Of a stretch of 64,000 nucleotides of DNA, positions 41,076 to 52,839 are shown in pieces. Source of the stretch: Mobula hypostoma (taxonomy: Eukaryota); contig NC_086102.1 in assembly GCF_963921235.1 (NCBI RefSeq), positions 66,278,001-66,342,000 of the forward strand, in the 5' to 3' direction. The notes under the pieces are model-generated. The model saw only the letters and a list, made by a program, of their open reading frames with translations. It ran no database searches and was not told where the DNA came from. Numbering within the stretch: the stretch's first letter is position 1; every line of letters starts with the position of its first letter. Made by a program: the position numbers and the translations under genes.

Positions 41076-44000
41076 GAGGGACATTCAAAACTCATTTCAA
41101 CTTTACAACTGAAAGAAAGATGTACTCTAGGAGGGGCTGCCATTCAAATGAAAAATCAAGATTCCGGCTATTCCCTCTGGTAAACACAGTTTCTTGGTAT
41201 CATTTAAGAAATGAAAAGGAGTGCCTTTGTCCATCTTGCCAACAGATATCCCTCAATCAGTAACACAGTTGCTGTGTTGGTGAAAATCATGCTGATGTGT
41301 GCAGTGCACAAACAGGCTGCCAAATTTCAAACACTCCGTCAGCGACAATGCTTCACTGGCCACTGTCATTTTGTATACACCAAAGATTAGCTGAATTCCT
41401 GTACAAATGCTATTTTAATGGTTCCAATAAGTTTATCTTGTACAGAACATGCAATGAATTTTCTTTCATCTTTTTCAGTGCTGGTTCAAGCAATCCTCCC
41501 ATTGTATATTGTACTTACTGACAATATGCTTTGTGGTCAAGCCTGATACAAATGCAATGCATAGACCTGTGACCTTCTGTGCTTGTTGAGCTCCTGCACC
41601 AGCATTACACGTTATCCAAAAACTTCTCTTTCATGAGCCATTTTTTCACAGGGGAACATTGGAACTAACTTGTGCAGCTGATGGAAGGTTTCTGTGTACG
41701 CAACTGCAAAGCCCCCAAAGTTGCAGTCAAAGGTATGTCCATATTGTTTAGAATGTGATCTGATACTGGAGAAGGGATATTGAACCATTTTTACTTCATC
41801 TCAGGAAGAGGGCAACATCAGCCCCAGTTTGTGGGTGGCAGAGGTATTGTTTCCCTGTTGATTTCCATTGGAGGTCTACAGTTACAAGGGACTAATGTAT
41901 GTTAGTGAACTTGTCATTTCACATTGTTTAAGCATATCCAAATATTAAAGTATTTTTAACCACCTTTATAATGTCTTCATCACTCCATTAAGTTGTTATT
42001 AAAAAATCAGAGTAGAACACAAGGCCATTTGCCCACCCTCCTCTGTATCATTTGAAGAAGATCAGCCTGAGACAATCCCAGTTCAGAGCCCCATGTCCAC
42101 AGTCCTGCAGCTCACAGCTTGTCAACTACACAAGTATCTTTTTTCAAAAAAGCATTTCTGCCTCTATCACCCGTTCCAGGGAGTGGGTTTTAGAACACTA
42201 CCCCCTTTGAAAAAAATGATCTTCTTCTCTTCCTGCCAATGAGATAAATTACCACTGATGGTTGATCCTTCTGCCAAGGGTAATCAGGCCTCATATTTAC
42301 TCTTTCTAGCCCCCTCATTTGTACACCTTAATGAAGACCCCCTCAACTTTTTCTGTTCCAATAAAAACAAATATAGTGTGTTCAATTTTTTACTTGTTAC
42401 TGCACAGTCCTGGCAAGATACCTGTACATCATATATTAAATTAATATTAAAAATGTTAAATTTTAAAATGTATTCAATGTGTTTAGGATTTTTATGCTTT
42501 TTCTGTGACAACTTCAAGAGTAAACTGAGTCAACTGACAACAGTATTTTCCAGCCGGGTGTGTTTTTCAACCAACCCCCATCCAACCCAACCATGATCAC
42601 ATTATTTCATATACAGGAGCTTATTAAAATGGACTGCACCAGCTCTGAAGAGCAAGTTCTCACTGTGTGATACTCAGACATTTCTCTTGTCTCACTACTA
42701 AAGCCATATCATAGGTTATGATTTTTGCAACTATGTGAACACAACTACAATTTCCATTTACTATTTGAGTTATCTTGAAGCAGTCCTGTTGTAGTTTGAT
42801 TGGTCTTGTGCTGTTGGCTTGTTCCCAATGGAAATCAACCTGAGATATTCAAGAATGGAACCGGAACAACCGAAATTTTAGTGTCACAGAGTATCTAGTC
42901 CATTACCAACTGAAGGAAACCACAAAATTAGGCTCTGGGTCCAAATACTATGGAGACTGGCTAGGTTGTATCTGTTTGACACAAACAAAAGAATTTCTCA
43001 AAGCATAACCCACACTCTTAGCATATTACGACTAATATATCCTCTTGATCCAGAGAATGTATATTTTTCCTGAGTTGGACACTTCGTATCATGAAGGATA
43101 TAAAATGTTGGAATTTATGTGTAAATAAGATCTCAGGTACATCAATGCCAGCTGTTTCTTATGGTGATTTGATTATTTTTCTTTTATGATCTTTTGTTTC
43201 ATTACACTGTTGGGGAGTGAATCCTGCAAAGGCTTTTCATCTTGAGCCAGACTTTATGATGAGTTGACATGTGAGATTCAAATGTCTTCACTGTGGTTGT
43301 AAATGACAAGTATTTGTCTGGTTTCATTCTTGCTGTTGGTGACCATGGATCCACAATATGAAACTATCTCTGAAAGCCACTGAACTTGCCTGGATTTCTG
43401 AAGAGTGACATGAATAAGTGCCAGTGATACAGCTGGAAATGCTCTGTAGAGGCTGCTACAGTGTCGGGGGAGCCTTATATCTGTGCTGAAAAAGCCCTGA
43501 CATGTCTGAAATATTCTATTCTATATCACTGTCGTGAGTTATCATGCTGACAAGGGTAACTCATCAGTGATGCCAAGCTCAAAATATAATTCTTTAATTC
43601 AATTCATTACACAGTTTAAATGTAACTTATGGATATTAAATTAATTCTGCGAAGTCTAACTTCGTGAAAGTGTTCGGTCTATTTGCAAATGCATGGGCTT
43701 GGCCAAGAATTTAAAACCCCTCATAGATCATTATGAAGACTATAATTTTGTTAATAAACAGAAGACCCTGAAAGCTGCGAGTTAGCCTTAAAAATACATC
43801 CACTTTCCCACTGTCCTGGCAAGGTAAGAGAGCTGGCATTCCAACCCAGATTGGTCGATAAGATATACCACTCCCACAATACATGGGTGATTCCTCAAAT
43901 ACTGCGGAAGCGGCCTTATAAACTGCTATGGTGTAAAATATTTTATTGAGGTAGAATCCATGGTCTTCCATGGATGAACATTTTTGTGCAATCATTGCGG

Positions 44001-44302
44001 CCACCCTGATGTCATCCATGAACAAAAAAAAATTGTTTCAACTGCAACAGATACAAGTTGAAAAAAGGAATGTGAACTAGACTCACCCACACAAAAAATT
44101 ATGAACTGGTCCCACCTACACATTCTAACCAGTAAAAAAGCACAAGATATATAAGTGAAATAATACAAAGCCTTCAAGTGGAGAAACAAGTTTACTTATT
44201 TCTTTAGAATATAAACAGAACAATATGGCCCAGAAGTGGCAGAACTGTCAATCAAATTTACATTATCAATTGCAGAGTAGAATAAAGCATAACATTGCTG
44301 AC

Positions 44303-44458
44303 CTGAGCTCCGAGGTCATTGTACTGTAGTTTCAAGGCAGTTACTCTCTCATCTAGTTCTTTGGGATTCTCTGTTTGCTGTTTCTGTACAATTTGACGTC
44401 CAGTTTTAATCACTGTTTCCACATCAGATTTCACTTCACTCAGACTCTTATATAATTT
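44303..44458 (-). CDS. DMD: Dystrophin exon orthologous to human exon 33 (156 nt, phase 0/0); not in the ORF track
   Basis: Manual translation [52 protein letters not shown]. Acceptor tttttag|AAA, donor CAG|gtcagc. Confidence 0.97.
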
Positions 44459-45129
44459 CTAAAAATTGAAAAGAACATATTCAGGCATTGTCACACAGAC
44501 AGCAGACTGCTCCATAATTAAATTCTGGCAAATCTTGTGCTGTAAAACCAACTTATTTTTTATTGCTGAGGGTATTTTGAATATACGGGCTTGGAAGATT
44601 CATCCATTTCCTTTTGTAAAATTAAATATAACTTAACCAGGTTTTAGCTGAGGGAAGTTTTAATTTAGTTGAAGTACCAAGGGTGAAAATGGACAGAAAT
44701 ACTTTGTTCATATATTTGAATCCCAATTGTTACATTCACATTAACTCTTGCATTGGTAAAATATAATTGAGAAAGGCTGGAAGTCAATAGCTCCCACTGA
44801 AGAGAACCTTATGATCTTATTTTTTCATATGCCTTAGAAACAGACAGTTCAGCTATCATATCTATGCTGTTCTTACGTCATTTCCATCAGTCTCTTTCCC
44901 AATTTATTCTCCTGTGACCTATTGCCTCTCATATGCTCATCAGTTCTGTCCCAATTGCACTGTCACTCATCTATACTAGGAGCAATTTGTCACAGTCAAT
45001 TACCCAACCTGTACATCTTGGGAATGTGGGAGAAAAACAGAATACCGATATAAAACCGTGCTATGCAGAGGAGACTGCAGAAACGGCACATATGCAGCAA
45101 TGAAAATTAGGACTGGAAATCTGGGAATA

Positions 45130-45770
45130 CAGATCCATAGTTCACTGAGAGCAACAACATGGGTAGATAAGGCCAAAATGAGAGCTTTCAGTTATGTTGA
45201 AAATGTGTAAGACTTTCATTGAGGTCAAATTTGGAGAACTCTGTGTAGTTCTGGTCACCTACCTACATGAAATATATCATTAAGATTGGAAGAGTACAGA
45301 GAAAATTTACAAGGATGTTGCCAGAATGTGGGGACTTGAGTTATAGGGAAATAGAGGGATAGATTATGGCTTTATTTTCTGAAGCATAGAAGTAGAAGGG
45401 GAGATTAGATGGAGGAATACAAAATTATGAAGGGTAAAGACAGGTTAATTGCAAGCAGCCTTTTTTCCACTGAGGTTGAGTGAGATGAGAACTAGAGGTC
45501 ATAGGTTAAGGTGAAAGTTGAAGTATTTAAGACTAATCTGAGGTGGAGCTTCCTCATTCATAGGGTGATGTGAGCGTGGAGTGAGCTGCCAGCAGAAGTG
45601 GAGGACGTGGGTTTGATTTCAACAGTTCAAGGAAATTTGGATAAGTACATGGATGGGAGGGCCTTGGAGGGCTATGGTCCAAGTGCAGGTTGACTGGATG
45701 AGGCAGAATAACAGTCTGGCATGGACTAGATGGGCAAAAGGGCCTGTGTCTGTGTTGCAGTGCTACATAA
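45130..45770 (+). mobile_element. CR1 LINE 3' fragment
   Basis: RSNLEN.V.FWSP, LE.VQRKFTRMLP; 3' UTR ggcctgtgtctgtgttgcagtg. Confidence 0.78.
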
Positions 45771-46449
45771 CTCCATTGAATGGAGGTGCTGGAGCAGTGA
45801 GACAGAAACCGCGGCTCTACCACAGCTGCTTTCCCACAATGCCATTCTGATCCACCAATCCATCTATCCTCATCTTTAATAAGCCGATCTATTTCTTTCT
45901 GTTTCATTACATCCAGAGGCTATTTAATTAGATATTGTCAGGCAACAACTTTTCATGTATTCTGTCAATTTATTCTTGTATTTGCTTCAGTGAACCTGAT
46001 GATGAAAATTCGAGTCACTTTTCAACTATCACAAACCAAGATGGTTCAAAAATTAGGATACATCTGATTCGGTTGAAATTTCCATTACTACATTCATAAA
46101 CATCAAGAAACCTTAATTTAAAAGGTTAGCTATGATGTAGAGATTTTGATACATTAAGTTGGGACTAGTTCGGCAAATGTAATTGCCTCAGGGTGTTCCA
46201 AAAGATTCCTCAGTTGCATGCCAAATTAGCAGTTTGTCAATTCATTTTCTTTATACCAGTTTATTATTAATTATTCCAGCTTCTTCTTCACTAAAAGTAA
46301 AAAAAACAGCATTTGTTACTTGCTTAATCACCTCAGAACTGGCCAGTAGCTGTGATTACATCAGAATTTTCTTGACCAACAGCTAGAAATCTATTGTCAA
46401 TTTTGGCATTCAATGGACTCGGGAAATAAATGAAAACAGGCATCCCTAC

Positions 46450-46623
46450 CATACAATGGTCAAGTTGGTTCTGGACATATTCCGGTTCTACACTGCTCAT
46501 CTCCAACATGTGTAGTTCAGATTTCACCTCATCCAGGAGCCTTTTGCATTCCAACAGGTGCTGCTCAAAATTGGCTGGTTTCTGGAACAATCTGAACTTG
46601 GTGGAAACATCCTGCAGCTTCTT
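46450..46623 (-). CDS. DMD: Dystrophin exon orthologous to human exon 32 (174 nt, phase 0/0)
   Basis: [58 protein letters not shown]. Acceptor ttccacag|AAG, donor ATG|gtaggg. Length equals human exon 32. Confidence 0.97.
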
Positions 46624-46845
46624 CTGTGGAACAAAGCAAGTACAGAGTCAAAAAGCTGCAAAGGAAAAAATAAAACACTGCAGTTGTGCAAATTGTCTTT
46701 TGAGACGTAGCAGTAGAAATACTGTCCATCTGCCAACTCACCTCCTGCATAAAATAATAAAACATTGCTATATTTTATTGCTTCACTTTATTTTATACCT
46801 TTGACATGATACTTTTCAAGGTTGTGAAATTTGAAATTTTATTGC

Positions 46846-47265
46846 AGAGGAGGGGGGATAGGTGGAGGAGGAAGAGAGAAAAAGGAGAGAGGGAGGGGGC
46901 GAGAGGGAGAAGGGGGGGAGAAGAGAGAGGGGGGAGAGGCGGGGGGCCAGAGGGAGGGTGGTGAAAAGGGGGCAAGGGGGTGAAAGGTGGGTGAGGGAGA
47001 GGGGGCAGAGGGGGAGGGGGAGAGCGAGAGGCAAGAGGGAAACAGAGTGAACGTGAGTGAAGCACAGAGAGGGATGCAGAGAGACAGAGACAAATAGAGA
47101 GTGAGAGAGATCAAGAGAGTGTCACAGATGGAGAGAAAGAAAGGAAGGAACAGAGAGGGACAGAGGGAGGAAGAGTGAATCAGTAGGGTGAGTGAGGGAG
47201 AACAAGCAAACTAGGGGGATAGAGACCCGGGGAGGGGGCAAGGATAGAAAAGGAAAGGGTGCTGG
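46846..47265. repeat. G/A-rich low-complexity polypurine tract (polypyrimidine on the DMD sense strand)
   Basis: About 420 bp almost entirely G/A on the plus strand, with multiple G-runs. Confidence 0.9.
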
Positions 47266-47388
47266 GACAGACTACATAATCTATAAGTAGGTCAGAAACT
47301 GGGAAAAGGAGCAGACACAGTTCAAACAACATACATCAAAGTTGCTGGTGAACGCAGCAGGCCAAGCAGCATCTATAGGAAGAGGCGC

Positions 47389-47424
47389 AGTCGACGTTTC
47401 AGGCCGAGACCCTTCGTCAGGACT
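47389..47424 (-). ncRNA. Minimal type I hammerhead ribozyme, intact core
   Basis: Minus strand reads agtc-CTGACGA-agggtctcggcct-GAAA-cGTC^gact: stem I agtc/gact, stem II agg/cct, vestigial palindromic stem III (ACGT). Predicted cut between 47393 and 47392. Confidence 0.85.
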
Positions 47425-47721
47425 AACTGAAGGAAGAGTGAGTAAGGGATTTGAAAGCTGGAGGGGGAGGGGGAGATGCAAAATGATAGGAGAAGACAGG
47501 AGGGGGAGGGATAGAGCCAAGAGCTGGACAGGTGATAGGCAAAAGGGGTACGAGAGGATCATGGGACAGGAGGCCTAGGGAGAAAGACGGGGGTGGGGGG
47601 GGGTGACCCAGAGGATGGGCAAGAGGTATATTCAGAGGGACAGAGGGAGAAAAAGGAGAGTGAGAGAAAGAATGTGTGCATAAAAATGAGTAACAGCTGG
47701 GGTACGAGGGGGAGGTGGGGC

Positions 47722-50286
47722 CTAGCGGAAGTTAGAGAAGTCAATGTTCATGCCATCAGGTTGGAGGTTACCCAGACGGAATATAAGGTGTTGTTCCTCC
47801 AACCTGAGTGTGGCTTCATCTTTACAGTAGAGGAGGCCGTGGATAGACATGTCAGAATGGGAATGGGATGTGGAATTAAAATGTGTGGCCACTGGGAGAT
47901 CCTGCTTTCTCTGGCGGACAGAGCGTAGATGTTCAGCAAAGCGGTCTCCCAGTCTGCGTCGGGTCTCACCAATATATAAAAGGCCACATCGGGAGCACCG
48001 GACGCAGTATATCACCCCAGTCGACTCACAGGTGAAGTGATGCCTCACCTGGAAGGACTGTTTGGGGCCCTGAATGGTGGTAAGGGAGGAAGTGTAAGGG
48101 CATGTGTAGCACTTGTTCCGCTTACACGGATAAGTGCCAGGAGGGAGATCAGTGGGGAGGGATGGGGGGGACGAATGGACAAGGGAGTTGTGTAGGGAGC
48201 GATCCCCGCGGAATGCAGAGAGAGGGGGGGAGGGAAAGATGTGCTTAGTGGTGGGATCCCGTTGGAGGTGGCGGAAGTTACGGAGAATAATATGTTGGAC
48301 CCGGAGGCTGGTGGGGTGGTAGGTGAGGACCAGGGGAACCCTATTCCTAGTGGGGTGGTGGGAGGATGGAGTGAGAGCAGATGTACGTGAAATGGAGGAG
48401 ATGCGTTTAAAAGCAGAGTTGATAGTGGAGGAAGGGAAGCCCCTTTCTTTAAAAAATGAAGACATCTCCCTCGTCCTAGAATGAAAAGTCTCATCCTGAG
48501 AGCAGATGCGGCGGAGACGGAGGAATTGCGAGAAGGGGATGGCATTTTTGCAAGAGACAGGGTGAGAAGAGGAATAGTCCAGATAGCTGTGAGAGTCAGT
48601 AGGCTTATAGTAGATATCAGTGGATAAGCTGTCTCCAGAGACAGAGACAGAAAGATCTAGAAAGGGGAGGGAGGTGTCGGAAATAGACCAGGTAAACTTG
48701 AGGGCAGGGTGAAAGTTGGAGGCAAAGTTAATAAAGTCAACGAGTTCTGCATGCGTGCAGGAAGCAGCGCCAATGCAGTCGTCGATATAGCGAAGGAAAA
48801 GTGGGGGACAGATACCAGAATAGGCACGGAACATAGATTGTTCCACAAACCCAACAAAAAGGCAGGCATAGCTAGGACCCATACGGGTGCCCATAGCTAC
48901 ACCTTTAGTTTGGAGGAAATGGGAGGAGCAAAAGGAGAAATTATTAAGAGTAAGGACTAATTCCGCTAGACGGAGCAGAGTGGTGGTAGAGGGGAACTGA
49001 TTAGGTGTGGAATCCAAAAAGAAGCGTAGAGCTTTGAGACCTTCCTGATGGGGGATGGAAGTATATAAGGACTGGACATCCATGGTGAAAATAAGGCGGT
49101 GGGGGCCAGGGAACTTAAAATCATCGAAAAGTTTAAGAGCGTGAGAAGTGTCACGAACATAGGTCGGAAGGGATTGAACAAGGGGTGATAAAACAGTGTC
49201 GAGGTATGCAGAAACGAGTTCGGTGGGGCAGGAGCAAGCTGAGACAATAGGTCGGCCAGGACAGGCAGGTTTGTGGATCTTGGGTAGGAGGTAGAAACGG
49301 GAAGTGCGGGGTGTGGGAACTATAAGGTTGGTAGCAGTGGATGGGAGATCCCCTGAGCGGATAAAGTCGTTGATAGTGTGGGAGACAATGGCCTGGTGCT
49401 CCTTGGTGGGGTCACGATCGAGGGGTAAATAAGAGGAGGTATCCGCGAGTTGTCGCTGTGCCTCGGCAAGGTAGAGGTCAGTACGCCAGACTACAACAGC
49501 ACCCCCTTTATCAGCGGGTTTAATAATAAGGTTAGGATTAGTGCGGAGGGAGTGGAGAGCAGAGCGTTCCGAAGGAGTGAGGTTGGAATGGGGACAAGGT
49601 GCGGTGAAGTCGAGACGGTTGATGTCCCGTCGGCAGTTGGCAATAAAGAGATCCAGAGCAGGCAGAAGACCAGAGCGGGGTGTCCATGAAGAAGAGGAGG
49701 GTTGAAGACGGGAGAAGGGGTCATCGGTGGGGGTGGAAGAGTCCTTGCCGAAGAAGTAGGCTCGGAGACGGAGACGGCGGAAGAAAAGTTCCGCATCGTG
49801 GCGAACACGGAACTCGCTGAGGTGTGGGCGAAGGGGGACAAACGTGAGGCCCTTACTGAGAACAGAGCGTTCTGCCTCCGACAGTTGAAGGTCGGAGGGG
49901 ATGGTAAAGACCCGGCACGGATGAGAGCTGGGATCAGAGGGGGGAGGGGGGAGGCTGGGGGTGTCAATGGAGAGGGGAGGGTTGGGGTGAGAGGAAGATG
50001 GAGCCTCTGAGGGCCCAGGAGTTGACGGTGGGATCTGAGGAAGACGGGGTTGCAGAGTGGTGGTGGGGGAAGGGGAGACGGGAGTCACAACAGCAGCACA
50101 TAAAGACCCGGCCTGGAGTTCAAGGCTGGAGTCGCAGTTGGTGGTTGCGCAATCACTTCGAATGTGTCCATGGTCGTTGCTGGAGTCCGGGTTTTGAATA
50201 TGTCCTGAGGTGTTGGAGCCGCCGAGATCAATGGCAGGAGCCGCAATTGAAAGTTCATGCCTGCTAGCGTCGGGGCCGGCAGGCAC
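47722..50286 (-). CDS. Penelope-like reverse transcriptase + C-terminal GIY-YIG endonuclease (854 element-derived codons; native start missing)
   Basis: Motifs KPADKGG, LPKIHK, GRPIVS, MDVQSLY, GVAMG, RYIDD, PFLDL; Cys cluster CKRNKCYTC; VIYCVRCSRCGLLYIGET...RFAEH...LEEQHLI...QPDGMN. The first 89 codons of the 943-aa track ORF lie outside the element (TSD and host flank). Confidence 0.92.
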   Translation of the reverse strand: MPAGPDASRHELSIAAPAIDLGGSNTSGHIQNPDSSNDHGHIRSDCATTNCDSSLELQAGSLCAAVVTPVSPSPTTTLQPRLPQIPPSTPGPSEAPSSSHPNPPLSIDTPSLPPPPSDPSSHPCRVFTIPSDLQLSEAERSVLSKGLTFVPLRPHLSEFRVRHDAELFFRRLRLRAYFFGKDSSTPTDDPFSRLQPSSSSWTPRSGLLPALDLFIANCRRDINRLDFTAPCPHSNLTPSERSALHSLRTNPNLIIKPADKGGAVVVWRTDLYLAEAQRQLADTSSYLPLDRDPTKEHQAIVSHTINDFIRSGDLPSTATNLIVPTPRTSRFYLLPKIHKPACPGRPIVSACSCPTELVSAYLDTVLSPLVQSLPTYVRDTSHALKLFDDFKFPGPHRLIFTMDVQSLYTSIPHQEGLKALRFFLDSTPNQFPSTTTLLRLAELVLTLNNFSFCSSHFLQTKGVAMGTRMGPSYACLFVGFVEQSMFRAYSGICPPLFLRYIDDCIGAASCTHAELVDFINFASNFHPALKFTWSISDTSLPFLDLSVSVSGDSLSTDIYYKPTDSHSYLDYSSSHPVSCKNAIPFSQFLRLRRICSQDETFHSRTREMSSFFKERGFPSSTINSAFKRISSISRTSALTPSSHHPTRNRVPLVLTYHPTSLRVQHIILRNFRHLQRDPTTKHIFPSPPLSAFRGDRSLHNSLVHSSPPSLPTDLPPGTYPCKRNKCYTCPYTSSLTTIQGPKQSFQVRHHFTCESTGVIYCVRCSRCGLLYIGETRRRLGDRFAEHLRSVRQRKQDLPVATHFNSTSHSHSDMSIHGLLYCKDEATLRLEEQHLIFRLGNLQPDGMNIDFSNFR

Positions 50287-52803
50287 ACACAGTTCAAAAG
50301 ACAGATTAAGATAAAGGGACCTGGAAAATTGGAGACAGAGACAAAACAGAGAGAGAGACATGCTCAAAGAAAGACTAAGTGTTCTGGATGTGGATACTAT
50401 TTCAGGGTTCCAATGTGGCAGAGATGCAGAAAAACTGTTTAAATGATTTTCTAACCAGAAGTTATGTTTGGCTTGAAATCTCTGATATTTGCTGCAAGAA
50501 AGCACCAAAAATTGCACCAAAATCTGAAGCATGGAGCAAATGAGGAACTCCATGACATTTATAATTAAATGACACTGTTTTACTCATCTTAAGTGCAGAA
50601 CATTAATTGAAAAACTTGGGAATCTACAATGATTGGGAATCCCATTTCAGCAATCGCAATTTGCTTCTGTTTCTGCGAAACAGATCAAAAACACATAATA
50701 ATTTTGCACATCAAGTGAAAGAACATTTACAGATAAAAACAAAAAAATAATACATTCACATTTAAATTCCAATCATTGTTAATTTCTTCAGATAAAACTG
50801 GGGCAAGAATTCAACTAAATCCAAGAAACGTAACTTATTTTGGATGCAGCCTATTGAAGAAAAGGTATGAATGTGAAAGAGGGTCTGAAGGCAGAAAAAC
50901 CAAGTGGCAGGCCAGGTTTAGTTGAAAAAAAAACGCTGGGCCACAAGGAAACACAAAAACTTAGTGCAGTCAAGGAGGAATATGGTCTGCTCAAAGATGA
51001 AATAAATTTCTGCAACTGATTTTAAATTGTAATTTTGCTAAATCTTCAACAGCAGATCTGCTCTTAAGACTTAACCAAGAATTATGTTTCACTGAAGGCT
51101 GAAAAAGCTATTACACTCCATCACAACTATTCTTTTTTTGTTAACTTGAGCATCCAAATTCAGATATGTATATTTACTGGAAATGAAGTATTTTAACAGC
51201 ATGGTGTACTGTTTTTTAACTGAGAGATAACATGGTGGTGATGGCAGTTATAAGGAAATGGAATATATTCCCCATCTAATAATTTCTCTTGATGATGGCA
51301 ATCAGCTTTTGAAGCACTAATGAAGCAGTCAAGATACACAATTGTCAGTGTAATTTTACTGTTCAAAATAAACTCATGGAATTGCCTCCATTTATCTGTG
51401 GGAACAAATAAACTGAGCAAAATACAAAGATAAGATCACCAAGTCTGCACAGACCAAGAAAAGACAAGAGAATCAGGAGAGAATACATTATAATCTGACA
51501 TGCTCATTTTCAGCAGCGCAAACAGTCACTTGTTCAGCTGAAACGGCTTGAGGTTTAAAAAGAGCTCAGGGGTTTTGGGACTACTTGGCAGGTTGCAATC
51601 ATCGCGAGCAGTCGTTTGTCTAGCTGAGGTGGCATGACATGAGGTAAAAAAAGAGCTCAGGGCCTTTTGGGGCCTTTGATGAGCTGCAATCATGATCTCT
51701 TGGGCACTTGGAAAAGGCCAATAAAAAGAAGTAAGGTGTATGTGGAGCAGCCATTTTAGGAGCGGTCATTGTTGGGAGTGGAATGTGTTAGAATGGTCAG
51801 GCTTGGAGGAGGACAAGCTTAGGTGAGAACAGTACATTGAGAATAGTGCAGTGAGAATGGGTCCAGACTGAGTGGTATGCTCTTCATGTGAGATGTGGGA
51901 ACTCTGGGAGACCTCCACTCTCCCTGATAACTACATCTGCACAAAGAACATCGAGCTGCAGCTCCTTACAGACCATGTTGAGGAACTGCAGCTGCAGCTG
52001 AATGCATTTTGTCATATGAGAGAAGGAGAAGGTGATAGTTAGGAGCTAAAAGGAAGTAATCACCCCTATGTTGCAGGAGAGAGGTAGTAGGGCGACTGCC
52101 AAGAGATGGAAAGTGAAGAGGCAGGTAGTGCGGAGTGCCCCTGTTGCCAGTCCCCTCAATAATAAGCATACAGTACTGCTTTGGGATGTTGGGGTGGGGC
52201 AACCTACCAGAGAAAAGACCAGGTCTCTGTCACTGAGTCTGGCTCTGTCGCTCAGAAGTAAAGGGGGAGAAGAGGATTGCAGTAGCGTTTAGGATTCCAT
52301 AGTTAGTGGAGCCGACAGGGGATTTTGTGGATGTGAAAAACAGAGATTTGGATGGAATGGTGCCTCCCAGCTGTCAGGGTCAGGGAAGTCTCAGGTTGAG
52401 TACCCAGAAGTTGTGGTACATATTGGCACCAAGACATAGGTAGGATTAAAGAGGAGGTCCTGAAGAGATAATATCAGGTGTTAGGTAGAAATCTGAAAAG
52501 CAGGACCTCCAGGGTAGCAATCTCTAGATTGGTGCCTGTGTCGCGCGCCTGTGAGAGTAAGAATAGGATGATTTGCATGGCTGAGGAATTGGTGCAGAGG
52601 ACAGCATTTCAGATCTCAGGATCATTGGGATCTCTGCTTGGGAAGTAATGACTTGTACAAAAAGAACGGGTTATACCTGAAACAGAGGGAGACGAATATC
52701 TTTGCAAACAACAGGAATTCTGCAGGTGCTGGAAATTCAAGCAACACACATCAAAGTTACTGGTGAACGCAGCAGGCCAGGCAGCATCTCTAGGAAAAGG
52801 TAC

Positions 52804-52839
52804 AGTCGACGTTTCAGGCCGAGACCCTTTGTCAGGACT
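52804..52839 (-). ncRNA. Hammerhead motif with mutated core (CTGACAA)
   Basis: Reverse complement agtcCTGACAAagggtctcggcctGAAAcgtcgact; the G8>A change predicts loss of activity. Confidence 0.65.

Larger units (their letters stand above)
47327..50286 (-). mobile_element. Penelope-like retroelement (probably Neptune clade), 5'-truncated, young
   Basis: 12-bp TSD acacagttcaaa at 47315-47326 and 50287-50298. Uninterrupted RT-GIY-YIG frame, CpGs retained, pyrimidine-rich 3' UTR with a hammerhead motif. Confidence 0.93.

Noticed and set aside
46793-47114. Pro-rich and Arg/Glu/Gly-rich ORFs
   Set aside because: They are translations of the low-complexity GA tract.
50287-50553. N-terminal 89 aa of the 943-aa ORF as a real protein domain
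   Set aside because: It lies outside the element (TSD plus flank) and is low-complexity AT/CT-rich intron sequence.
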